64,000 bases of DNA from Octopus vulgaris (taxonomy: Eukaryota), in NCBI GenBank assembly GCA_951406725.2, contig OX597842.1, forward strand, positions 31,744,001 to 31,808,000, read 5' to 3'. The position numbers were made by a program, and so were the translations under genes. Each line of letters begins with the position of its first letter. The first letter of the stretch is position 1. The notes under the pieces were generated by a model, which saw nothing but the letters and a program-made list of their open reading frames with translations, did no database searches and had not been told where the DNA came from. Below are positions 13,887 through 30,308 of this stretch, one piece after another.

Positions 13887-16536
13887 TTGATTGATTGATT
13901 GATTGATTGATTCTAGTTTCAGCTTATGAGCTGTGGCCATGCTGGGGCACCGCCATTTGGTGTTGCTACTTGGTTTCACTTCATGGAGGCTTTCTAGCAA
14001 CTGCTATTTGGTGCATGAGAGAGTTCGATGCAGCTGCCCTCATCTGCCCCTCCTGCCGTGAAGTTGGTTCATCTGGGACACCTGACAGGAAGAGATCCAG
14101 CTTCATTTTAAAGACATCTGTATCCACCCCATGCAGGTCTCTCAGGTTCTTCGGGAGGATATTGAAGAGCTGTGGGCCTCGGAAGCCCAGGCTATCACAG
14201 TATCTTGTCCTACATCTTGATGGCAGGTTTGGAGTCCTAGGCACCACGCAGTGGCGCCCAGTTCTGGCATTTGCGTAACTCTCGATGCCAAAGTTCAGGA
14301 CACTTCCCTCCAGGATCTTCCAGATGTATATTATGGCATATCTTTCCCGCCTACGCTCCAGGGAATATAATTTTAATCTCTTGAGTCTTTCCCAGTAGCT
14401 TACATTCTGCATAGAGGCTATCTTCTTTGTGTAGCTTCGTTGGATCGCCTCAAGTTCTGTGATCAACTTGACACTGGATGGTGACCATAGCTGAGAGCAA
14501 TAGTCAAAGTGGCTTAGGACAAGTGTCTTCCAGAGGACCATCATGGTTTCTTGTTCTCTTGTTCTAAAGGTTCTAAGAATCCATCCAGCCAGCCGTCTAC
14601 ATTTCATTGTCAGTTTAGCAACATGTACATGAAAGGTCGCGTCATCACTCATGTGAATACCCAGGTCACGCACTGATTGTGCCTCTGGGATTGCAATCCC
14701 TCCGGGTCCAGTGTATTCATTGGGTATTGCATTCAGTTTTGCATGCTGATAGTATAAAGCTTGAAACTTTCCAGCATTGAACTGCATGCTATTCTTTTCA
14801 GCCCACTTGTATATTTCGTCCAGCTCACATTGCAGGTGTTTAGTGTCCTCAGGGTTCTGTATTGCCTGTGAAACTTTTGTATCATCTGCATAACTTGTGA
14901 TCGTGGCTCTCTGCGTGGCTGAGGGCATGTCTGAGAGGGCCATTATGAACAGTAGTGGTCCCAGAACAGTGCCCTGCGGAACACCGCTCACTATTTGTGT
15001 GTTAATGGAGGTGGCCCCATTGGCTACTACCACCTGACTTCTATCCTTCAGAAAGTCATGAAGCCATTCTCCCAGTTTTCCAACTATGTTGAGATCACGC
15101 AGTTTGTGACATATCATTCCATGATCGACTTTATCAAAGGCCTTTGCAAAGTCGAGATATATCACTTCCACATTTGAGTGGTTGAGCAGCCGTTTCAGCA
15201 CCCAGTCATAGTGTTGTAGGAGCTGAGTTAAACAGCTTCTCCCTGGTCGGAAACCATGTTGGGTGTCGGGCAGCAAGTCATTTTCTTCAAGGAAGGTGAT
15301 CAGCTTCCTTCTGACTATTCGTTCCATGACCTTGCTGATGTGTGAGGTCAGAGAGATAGGTCTATAGTTCTTGGCTTCCGCTCTGCTACCTCCTTTATGA
15401 ATGGGGCATATTTTACCTTCCTTCAGTTTTCCTGGAAGTTTGCCAGCTGCAAGGAAGCTCTGAAAGAGGAACTGCAGTGGTCTTGCTAGGACTCTCTTAC
15501 ATGCTTTTAGGAGGATTGCCGGGAATCCATCGGGGCCAGTAGCTGAGTCTGTTTTCATTTCATCTATAGCCTTGGTTACATCGTCTTCATTTATATCGAT
15601 GTAATCTATCGTCGCCGCCTCTGATTTTATATCTGCAGTGGTAAAAAAGTCAGTTGGATTGGTGATTTGGAGATGCCCAAGGGGTGGAGTGAAAACACTC
15701 TTGAATTGCTCATTCAGTATTTCACTTACCCTCATTGGTTTTCCTGTAAGTGTGCCATCCTTTTCGAGGAGTGGCCCTATTCTACAGTGCACTGTAGCTG
15801 TTTCTTTGGCATACCTGTAGAAAGCTCTGGGGTTAGATTTTATGTTTTCTATAGCCCAGGCTTCTTTGTCTGCTCTTTCTTTTTCATGGGAGAGTTGCAG
15901 ACATTTTTCGATTTCCAACAGTTTTATTTTTAGGCGGGACTTTTCACTGCTTTCAATCTGTTTGTTTAGGCGATTTGAAAATTTCGTACGCCGTCTCATT
16001 AAAATTTTCCTCTCTCTGGGGATTTTGTTCTTGTGTACAGTGGCCTTTCTCTCTGGGACACATTTGTAGCATATGGCTTGCATTACAGACATGAATTGTT
16101 GAAGTTTCACGTCAATGTCTGGCGAGGAGAGACATTCAGGCCAGTTTTGTTTGAGGATCTCTTTCTCAATTTGTTTCCAGTTTGCCTTATGGTAGTTCAA
16201 GCTGGAAAGATTTTGAGGGTTTCTTGTAGGCTGCATGTCCGTGCTCTCTTTTGGCCCGTACATGGTCAGCTCTACCATGTTGTGATCCGAGAGTAGTGTC
16301 GGTGTCACTTTCACATTATGGATGAGATCCATGTCATTTGTGAAGCAGAGATCCAGTGTGTTACCTGCCCTGGTTGGTTGGAGTATTACCTGCTCCATGT
16401 ACAGGGTGTTGATGAGGTTCAGGAGAGACCTCGCCTGTCCTCGTTCACATCTTGTCATTCCTGGGAGAGAAAGGCCCTCGGGCCATCTGACATTGGGCAG
16501 ATTGAAGTCTCCCATAAGAAGCACACCTATGTGTTG
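13887..16536 (-). mobile_element. 5'-truncated APE-RT LINE with uninterrupted ORF2 remainder (~850 codons) and (ATCA)n tail
   Basis: ORF 13981..16992 is open from GDFN (~16510) to the stop. The N-terminal YIYI part is microsatellite. Tail reads (ttga)n on plus at 13887-13912. Confidence 0.94.
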
Positions 16537-17154
<618 letters not shown>

Positions 17155-17156
17155 CG

Positions 17157-17297
17157 TGTCAGGCCGAAGAACGAAATGTTCCCAAGATAAGAGAGTCTTT
17201 CTAATCTAATGTTTTGGTTGAGCAATCTATTATTTATTATTATTACTATTATTATTAGTATTAGTATTGTCTCTTTGATCCTCGGTCGAAAATTTGC

Positions 17298-17328
<31 letters not shown>

Positions 17329-18183
17329 TTTCAGCTTCGCCTCGTATTGCATATTATTTCTCCATACAGGGGTTTTTTCAATGGCGGCCCATTTTCGCGG
17401 GGTTCCACTATTTCCCTTCTCTCTCTCTCCCTCTTTTACGTTGTCTGCCATCCCCCCTCTTCCTTTGCTAAGAGCATTTTTAAGCCAGCCCGTCATATTC
17501 CCATGTCAGGCCGAAGAACGAAATGTTCCCAAGATAAGAGAGTCTTTCTAATCTAATGTTGTGGTTGAGCAATCTATTATTTATTATTATTACTATTATT
17601 ATTAGTATTAGTATTGTCCCTTTGATCCTCGGTCGAAAATTTGCTTATTATTATTATTATTATTACTATTTTCAGCTTCGCCTCATATTGCATATTATTT
17701 CTCCATACAGGGGTTTTTTTCAATGGCGGCCCATTTTCGCGGGGTTCCACTATTTCCCTTCTCTCTCTCTCCCTCTTTTACGTTGTCTGCCATCCCCCCT
17801 CTTCCTTTGCTAAGAGCATTTTTAAGCCAGCCCGTCATATTCCCATGTCAGGCCGAAGAACGAAATGTTCCCAAGATAAGAGAGTCTTTCTAATCTAATG
17901 TTGTGGTTGAGCTGTCTATTATTTATTATTATTACTATTATTATTAGTATTAGTATTGTCCCTTTGATCCTCGGTCGAAAATTTGCTTATTATTATTATT
18001 ATTATTACTATTTTCAGCTTCGCCTCGTATTGCATATTATTTCTCCATACAGGGGTTTTTTTCAATGGCGGCCCATTTTCGCGGGGTTCCACTATTTCCC
18101 TTCTCTCTCTCTCCCTCTTTTACGTTGTCTGCCATCCCCCCTCTTCCTTTGCTAAGAGCATTTTTAAGCCAGCCCGTCATATT
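17157..18183. repeat. Three tandem copies of a ~342-347-bp unit containing (TAT)n runs
   Basis: Unit starts tgtcaggccgaagaacgaaatg at 17157, 17504 and 17846; copies near-identical. Confidence 0.95.
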
Positions 18184-18443
18184 GCCGGTGCACCCGCCCT
18201 TGCCCACCCCCACCACCAATACCGGATATCTCTATATTTTTGCTCCATCTATACTGGATGTCGCTTCTCCCACCACCATTATAGGTGTCTACTCTTCGAA
18301 CCCCTCTCTTCAATACGCTATTTCACCATGCATTACCCCTCTCTTGATATCCTACGTTCTACTTGCCTAGAACCTGTCATCATTTCTCTGAACCACCCCT
18401 CCCCCCTGGTGCTCCCCTATATTTCTGCCCCCCCCACACACAC

Positions 18444-18692
18444 ACATAAAAAGCACCATCCGAACGTGGTCGATGCCAGACCCCTCTGGCACCTGTGCAG
18501 GTGGCACGTAAAAAACACCCACTACACTCGCAGAGTGGTTGGCGTTAGGAAGGGCATCCAGCTGTAGACACACTGCCAGACTAGACTGGAGCCTGGGGCA
18601 GTCCCTAGCTCCCCAGACCCCGGTCGAAACCGTCCAACCCGTGCTAGCGCGGAAAACGGATGTTAAACGATGATGATGATGATGATGATGAT
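18444..18692 (+). mobile_element. RTE 3'-UTR fragment or RTE-mobilised SINE with (GAT)n tail
   Basis: ggcacgtaaaaa...ggttggcgttaggaagggcatccagc...ttaaacgatgatgat, shared with the RTE 3' end at 28560-28791. Confidence 0.85.
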
Positions 18693-18749
18693 GTATATAT
18701 ATATGTATATATATATATGTATATATATATATGTATATATATATATGTG

Positions 18750-18781
<32 letters not shown>

Positions 18782-18964
18782 TGTATATATATATATGTAT
18801 ATGTATATATGTATGTATATATATTACGGAGATGTACTTGCATAGCAAGTGATTTGATCTGAGATCGTGTGCTGGAACGAAAACAATTGCAACATGGAAG
18901 GTGTTTGTAGGCCATTTAAGAAACACACAAAAGCCGTTCGATTCACTTCAACATTTAAGTTTAA

Positions 18965-19015
18965 TTTGTCAAAATATTTTCGTCGCTATAAGACCGCGAC
19001 CTGTTCACTGACAAA
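18965..19015 (-). ncRNA. Hammerhead-like motif with G3:C8 core variant in a short TA-flanked element (18824-19036)
   Basis: Minus strand: tttgtca-GTGAACA-g-gtcgc(ggtcttata)gcgac-GAA-AATATT-T-tgacaaa; 7-bp stem I, 5-bp stem II, palindromic stem III. Confidence 0.6.
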
Positions 19016-19035
19016 CATCCGTGCTGCATCACTGG

Positions 19036-19086
<51 letters not shown>

Positions 19087-19469
19087 TACTTCCGGTTTTC
19101 ATAGAGGAAAGACGTGTTTGCTCTTGCTCTGTGAAAAAACAAAAAGGTTTGCATAAATCGACGAAATATTCTACTAAAAGTAACAAAACGTAGAACTTGT
19201 TAACTCATAAAGTCTACTAAAATACATTAATTGAAAATATATTAATTATAAACGCAATATATTTCGCTTGCAGCCAAATATAATACAGTAAAGTTGGTTA
19301 CACATGCTAGAATCTTCACCGAAAAAGCATGTAGTGGCAAGTCTTTAATTTATCTTCAGTCAAATGTAAGAAAAAAAAAGAATTGTTTTCTTTTCTGTTG
19401 TGAAAGAAAATTTCTTCGTACAAGCACGAGGGTTTGGACTGTACCTTTCAAGATAAGTATCGCATGCAA

Positions 19470-19847
19470 TTGTCTGTTTATTAATTTTTTAAGCTAACAT
19501 CTCAGTTACGATTGTTTGTTTATTAATTTTTTAAGCTGACATCTCAGTTACGATTGTTTATTTATTAATTTTTTAAGCTGACATCTCAGTTACGATTGTT
19601 TATTTATTAATTTTTTAAGCTGACATCTCAGTTACGATTGTTTATTTATCAATTTTTTAAGCTGACATCTCAGTTACGATTGTTTATTTATTAATTTTTT
19701 AAGCTAACATCTCAGTTACGATTGTTTGTTTATTAATTTTTAAGCTAACATCTCAGTTACGATTGTCTGTTTATTAATTTTTTAAGCTAATATCTCAGTT
19801 ACGATTGTTTGTTTATTAATTTTTTAAGCTGACATCTCAGTTACGAT
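19470..19847. repeat. Minisatellite, 9 copies of a 42-bp unit
   Basis: ttgtttatttattaattttttaagctgacatctcagttacga repeated, with no unique spacers. Confidence 0.95.
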
Positions 19848-19949
19848 TTACGACGCCATCTTTGTTTACATTCTGAGAATAACTTTCTTTCAAATTCTGT
19901 ATCGCTTTCATATGTTTATTTTCCTGTAATTAGTTTAGAATTAAATAAT

Positions 19950-24855
<4,906 letters not shown>

Positions 24856-25275
24856 AACCAAAAAATAAGCAACAAGAATGGATCGGTAGTTTAGTACAAT
24901 TGTTTCATACTATAAACATTTTATTAAAGCTGCAAATATTACAGCAAATATAATGTCAAGTACTCTTGAGCTAAATTTCATATAGGTTTTCCAATCATCT
25001 TAGAGAGTGTAAATATCCTTATAAAGTTACAGAAGTGAGTTCCAGGAACTTGAAGTAAGATTCCAAGCAGACTATATATGTTTTCCAACAATACAAAGTT
25101 CTTAAATTAATTATTGACATCTCAGAGAAGGTAAATCTACTCATAAAGATGTGGATATAAATTTCAAGAAACATGAGGGAAGATGCTGATCAGACTACGG
25201 TTAAGTTTGCATCTAACTGTTGCAAACAAAATTCTGTAGTACAGAATTTTGTTTGCAACAGTTAGATGCGAACTT
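24856..25275 (-). mobile_element. Probable Penelope-like pLTR fragment with mutated hammerhead and terminal fold-back
   Basis: Minus strand 24975-24890: tttag-CTCAAGA-gtact...agtat-GAAACAATTGTA-ctaaa. Palindrome at 25203-25275. Confidence 0.55.
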
Positions 25276-25279
25276 TAAT

Positions 25280-25793
25280 GAGCATGTTGGACAGCAATCC
25301 GGTATTTTCACTGGTGTACATGGGCCTTATGGTACTGGTTCCTGAAAAGAAGATGGAACTAGGCTACTGGAGTTTTGTGATGCATGTAACCTTTTAATCT
25401 GCAACACTAACTTCAGGAAACCAGATAGCCACCTGATAACCTATCAATCAGGTGACTCTGCTAGCCAGATTGATTTCATCCTCACCAGACAGCGGGACGC
25501 AGGGTTGCTCTTAAATACAAAGACCCTCTCAGGTATGGAATGTACCCCCAGCATAGACTAGTCAATAGTGACTTTAGACTCGAGGCCAGAAGGATGCCAA
25601 GAAGCAGACCAATCCAGAAAAGAAGGATTTGGAAGCTAAAGAACCCTTCACATGATCTGAGATTTAGGGATATCCTCATCAAGAAATATGATGAGAGGGA
25701 GGAGGAGCTACAGTCCTCGGACATAGAAGGTAGCTGGAAATTCCTATAGGACAGCTAGCTGAATGCCAGAGACCAAGTCTGTGAATGGTGCAA
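25280..25793 (+). mobile_element. RTE fragment (APE C-terminus), truncated at both ends
   Basis: TNFRK, SQIDFIL, QHRLV motifs; paralogous to 25832-26292. Confidence 0.85.
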
Positions 25794-25831
25794 ATATATA
25801 AATACAAACATATATATATATATATATATAT

Positions 25832-28757
25832 TGGCACCAGAAACGATGAGGGAACTAGACTACTGGAATTCTGTGATGCATGTAACCTTTCAATCTGCAA
25901 CACTAACTTCAAGAAGCCAGTCTGCCACCTTTATAACTTATCAGTCAGGAGACTCCGCTAGCCAAATAGACTTCATCCTCACCAGACAACGGGATGCAGG
26001 GTTGCTCTTGAATACAAAGACCCTCCCGGGTGAAGAATGTATCCCTCAGCATAGACTAATCATCAGTGACTTTAAGCTTGAGGCCAGAAGGACTCCAAGA
26101 AACAAACCAATCCAGAAAAGAAGGATTTGGAGGCTAAAGAACCCTTCGCATGGTCAGAAATTTAGGGACATACTCATCAAGAAATTTGATGAGAGGGAAG
26201 AGGAGCTTCAGATGTCAGACATAGAAGGTAGCTGGGAATTCCTACGGGACAGCTTGTTGAGTGCCACAGACCAAGTTTGTGGATGGTGCAAAGTCCCTTC
26301 CAGACCTAGAATTACGTGGTGGTGGAATAGTGCAGTAGATAAAGCCATCTGTGAAAAGAGACGGGCCTGGAAAGCCTGGAAGGAGGGGGGCAGCAGGGAA
26401 CTGTACCAGATAGCCAAAAGGGAGGCTGGGCGGCAGGTATACATTGCCAAAGATGTAGCAGAAAAGAAGAAGTTTGCCAATGTCCAGCGTCGCGAGGATC
26501 AAAGAGCTGAAGTATTTCGGATTGCCAGACAGTGTGTCAGAGAAAATAGCGATGTTATAGGAGAGAAATGTGTCCGCATGGATGATGGGGCACTTGCTTT
26601 TACTACTAGTGAAAAGAAAGAGGCTTGGAGAAGCCATTATGAAAGACTGCTAAATGAGGAGAATGAATGGGAGGAGGAGAGCCTGCCAAATGTTGACCCA
26701 GTAGAGGGACCAGCTACCCGAATAGACAGCTCCCTTGTAGATAAGGCAATTAAGGATATGAAACCAGGCAAAGCCCCTGGCCTATCAGGAATCACTGCTG
26801 AGATGCTTAAAACAGCTGGCTATGTGGGCCATGCCATAGTCACCCGCATTGTAAACCAGGTAGTTCACAATGGAGCCATACCCAATGACTGGTGCAGCAG
26901 TACCATAGTCAACTGCTACAAGGGTAAGGGTGATGCTCTAGATAGAAATAACTACAGAGGTATCAAACTGTTGGACCAGGTGATGAAGGTCTCAGAGAAG
27001 GTCATAACCAATCTCATTAGGGAGAGAATTTGTTTAGATGAAATGCAGTTCGGTTTTGTACCAGGTAGAAGCACCACTGATGCTATATTCCTGGTCCGAC
27101 AACTGCAGGAGAAGTACCTAGCTAAAGATAAACCCCTCTACATAGCTTTTGTAGACTTGGAGAAAGCCTTTGACAGGGTTCCCCGTTCCCTTATCTGGTG
27201 GTCGATGCGGAAACTGGAGATTGAAGAATGGCTAATAAGGGCTGTACAGGCTCTATACAGAGAGGCTGTTAGCAAGGTTAGGATTGGCAACGAATATAGT
27301 GAAGAATTCCGAGTAGAAGTAGGTGTGCACCAGGGCTCAGCCCTCAGTCCCCTTTTGTTCATCATAGTACTTCAAGCAATAACAGAGGAATTCAAAACGG
27401 GATGCCCCTGGGAGCTCCTCTATGCCGATGACCTAGCTCTCATAGCAGAATCACTACCGGAACTAGAAGAGAAATTTCGGGTATGGAAGCAAGGGTTGGA
27501 ATCAAAGGGCCTTAGAATAAATGTAGCAAAGACCAAAGTATTAGTAAGCAGCAAGAGGTACTCAACACACATCCCCTCGGGTAGGTGGCCCTGCTCAACC
27601 TGTAGGAAAGGTACAGGTAGAAACTCCATAAGATGCACCCAATGTAAGTTATGGACACATAAGAGGTGCAGCAACATTAAAGGGAAATTAACAGATAAGA
27701 TAGCTTTCATGTGCGGCAGATGCACAGGGACAATAGACACAACAGACACTCAGAAAACAGATTCCATCACACTCCAGGGAGAGAAACTAGAAGTAGTTGA
27801 TAGTTTCCGCTACCTGGGAGACCAAGTTAGTAGCGGAGGTGGATGCACAGAGAGTATCACCACTAGAATACGAATAGCCTGGGCAAAGTTCAGAAAGCTC
27901 CTACCCCTACTGGCAACAAAAGGCCTCTCCCTCAGAGCAAAAGGTAGATTATATGATGCATGTGTGCGAACTGCCATGCTTCACGGTAATGAAACATGGG
28001 CTGTGACTGCAGAAGACATGCGTAGACTTGAAAGAAATGAAGCTAGCATGATCCGCTGGATGTGTAGTGTCAGTGTGCACGCAAAACAGAGTGTAAGTAT
28101 CCTGAGAGAAATGCTGGATATAAGAAGCATCAGATGTGGTGTGCAAGAGCGACGCTTGCGATGGTATGGTCATGTGCTGCGGATGGATGAAGAGAGATGT
28201 GTGAAGAAGTGCCACTCCCAAACAGTTGAAGGTATCAGGGGGAGAGGTAGACCCAGGAAGACATGGGATGAGGTGGTCAAGCATGACCTCAGAGCATTGG
28301 GCCTCACTGAGGCAATGGCGAAGGACCGAGATCTCTGGAGATATGCTGTGACTACAAAGACCCGGGCTGCTTTCTGCAGCAATTCCACATACCCCCTACC
28401 CATTCTAAGTACCCCCCTACCCATTCTAAGTACCCCGGATCCCCAAAGTACCCCGGATCCCCAAAGTACCCTGGATCCCCAAAATACCCCAATCCCCAAA
28501 GTACCCCGGACCTCGTTGCCCCCGTGCCGCTGACACGTTAAAATGCTCGAATCCGATCGTGACGATGCCGGACCCTCCGGCCCCTGTGCAGGTGGCACGT
28601 AAAAGCACCCAATCCACTCACGGAGTGGTTGGCGTTAGGAAGGGCATCCAGCCGTAGAAACTCTGCCAGATTCAGACTGGAGCCTGGAGCGGCCCCTGGC
28701 TTCCCAGACCCGGTCAAACCGTCCAACCCGTGCTAGCGCGGAAAGCGGACGTTAAAC

Positions 28758-28791
<34 letters not shown>
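25832..28791 (+). mobile_element. RTE-clade LINE, 5'-truncated, long open ORF (APE C-terminus, RT, PHD-like finger, thumb) and (GAT)n tail
   Basis: ORF 25831..28533 with FVDLEKAFDRV, GVHQGSALSP, LYADDL and RGRPRKTW. 21-bp and 18-bp tandem repeats at 28390-28510. 3' UTR ends in (gat)n. Confidence 0.94.
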
Positions 28792-28793
<2 letters not shown>

Positions 28794-28819
28794 ATATATA
28801 TATATATATATATATAAAC

Positions 28820-29264
28820 ATGCACACAATCAAAATCGAAATTGTTCAACATCAATGGAAATTGTAGCTGAGATACCAGTGCTGGTTGCATGTAAGAGAA
28901 CCATCCGAACGTGGCCGTTGCCAGTGCTGCCCCAACTGGCCTCCGTGCCGGTGGCACGTAAAAAGCACCATCTGATTGTGGCCATTGCCAGTCTTGTCTG
29001 GCCCCCATGCCGGTGGCACGTAAAAAGCACCATCCAATCGTGGCCGTTTGCCAGCCTCGTCTGGCACCTGTGCAGGTGGCACATAAAAAGCACCCACTAC
29101 ACTCTCGGAGTGGTTGGCGTTAGGAAGGGCATCCAGCTGTAGAAACACTGCCAGATCAGACTGGGCCTGGCGCAGCCTCCTGGCTTCCCAGACCCCAGTT
29201 GAACCGTCCAACCCATGCTAGCATGGAAAACGGACGTTAAATGATGATGATGATGATGATGATG
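28820..29264 (+). mobile_element. RTE 3'-UTR or SINE copy with three ~60-bp internal modules and (GAT)n tail
   Basis: Repeated gtgccggtggcacgtaaaaagcacc modules and the shared RTE terminus. Confidence 0.85.
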
Positions 29265-29281
29265 ACACACATACATATAAG

Positions 29282-29490
29282 TGATTTGATTTATTTTTTG
29301 ATTTGATTTGATCTAGTTTCAGCTTATGCACTGTGGCCATGCTGGGGCACTGCCATTTGGTGTCGCTACATAATTTTACTTTTCTAACTCTTTTTAGGAA
29401 TTGACATTTGATGAATGAGGGGAAATATGATGCTGCTGCCCCCATCTGCAGTTCCTGCTGTGAAGTTGGTTCATCAGGGACACTTGATAG
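29282..29490 (-). mobile_element. Extreme 3' fragment of the CR1/L2-like LINE group
   Basis: VPDEPTSQQELQMGAAAS, the conserved 3' hairpins and an (ATCAA)n-like tail. Confidence 0.8.
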
Positions 29491-30184
29491 TTCCAAACAA
29501 CTTTCCTCAAGTGATCTTTTGTTTCCACACACACCTGAAATACTTTTGTATTTCGCTGTCAAGAGCATTTTCCATCCAGCGTGACTTAACCCGAATGCAG
29601 CGGTATGTTACTGTGCATCTTATGATGTTCTCTATCACGTCAGATGGAGGGTTTAGTGTTATCCTTCTCCCATCTCTTTTTACAATTTTTCTTGCCATAT
29701 TTTCCATATTTCTCACTGCAAACACAAAAGAAACATTCACATTTTATATTCACATTTTTATGTTTCATTTCTTTCATATTTTTGTTGTTGTTTTTCTCAC
29801 TGCTGTTGCTGTTGTTTTGACGTTGCTTAGAGACGAAACATTATTTGCCTCAGTGAAGTCATTAAGTTTAGGCCCTCATTTATTTCTGACGAGGAATGCT
29901 ATGTTTGTTGAACATTATGATGGCTTCTTTATCAGCTATCTTAAACTGAATAATACAAACAGCAAAATATTATTTTTTTCCAAATGTTGTTAAGATTTTT
30001 TTTTAAATATTGATGCGCACCCCCTGCAAAACAGGGTGGTTTCTACACAAAATTACTATCTGTGCAGTCCAGACAATCTCAGAAATGTAATAGTAAGAAT
30101 AAAATGAAAACAACTGGGCCTTAGAAGGCCAAAAAGATTACAAACAATATTTCAACTTACGGAGCTTCAAATTTCCATGAAAGC

Positions 30185-30226
<42 letters not shown>

Positions 30227-30269
30227 TATAATAATAATGATAATAATAATAACAATAATGATAATAATG

Positions 30270-30308
<39 letters not shown>

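Noticed and set aside
17157-18183. Membrane-protein-like ORFs in the 345-bp repeat
   Set aside because: The hydrophobic runs come from (TAT)n/(ATT)n, and the frames differ between copies.
18855-18895. Plus-strand ctgaga-tcgt...acga-aaacaattgc hammerhead-like string
   Set aside because: The core lacks N7 and G12, with no NUH site or stem I; too degenerate to call.
19470-19847. 42-bp repeats as a CRISPR array
   Set aside because: Head-to-tail with no unique spacers, eukaryotic context and no cas genes.
29415-29993. 192-aa plus-strand and 77-aa minus-strand ORFs
   Set aside because: No recognisable domain or convincing splice context; the start overlaps a LINE tail in antisense.
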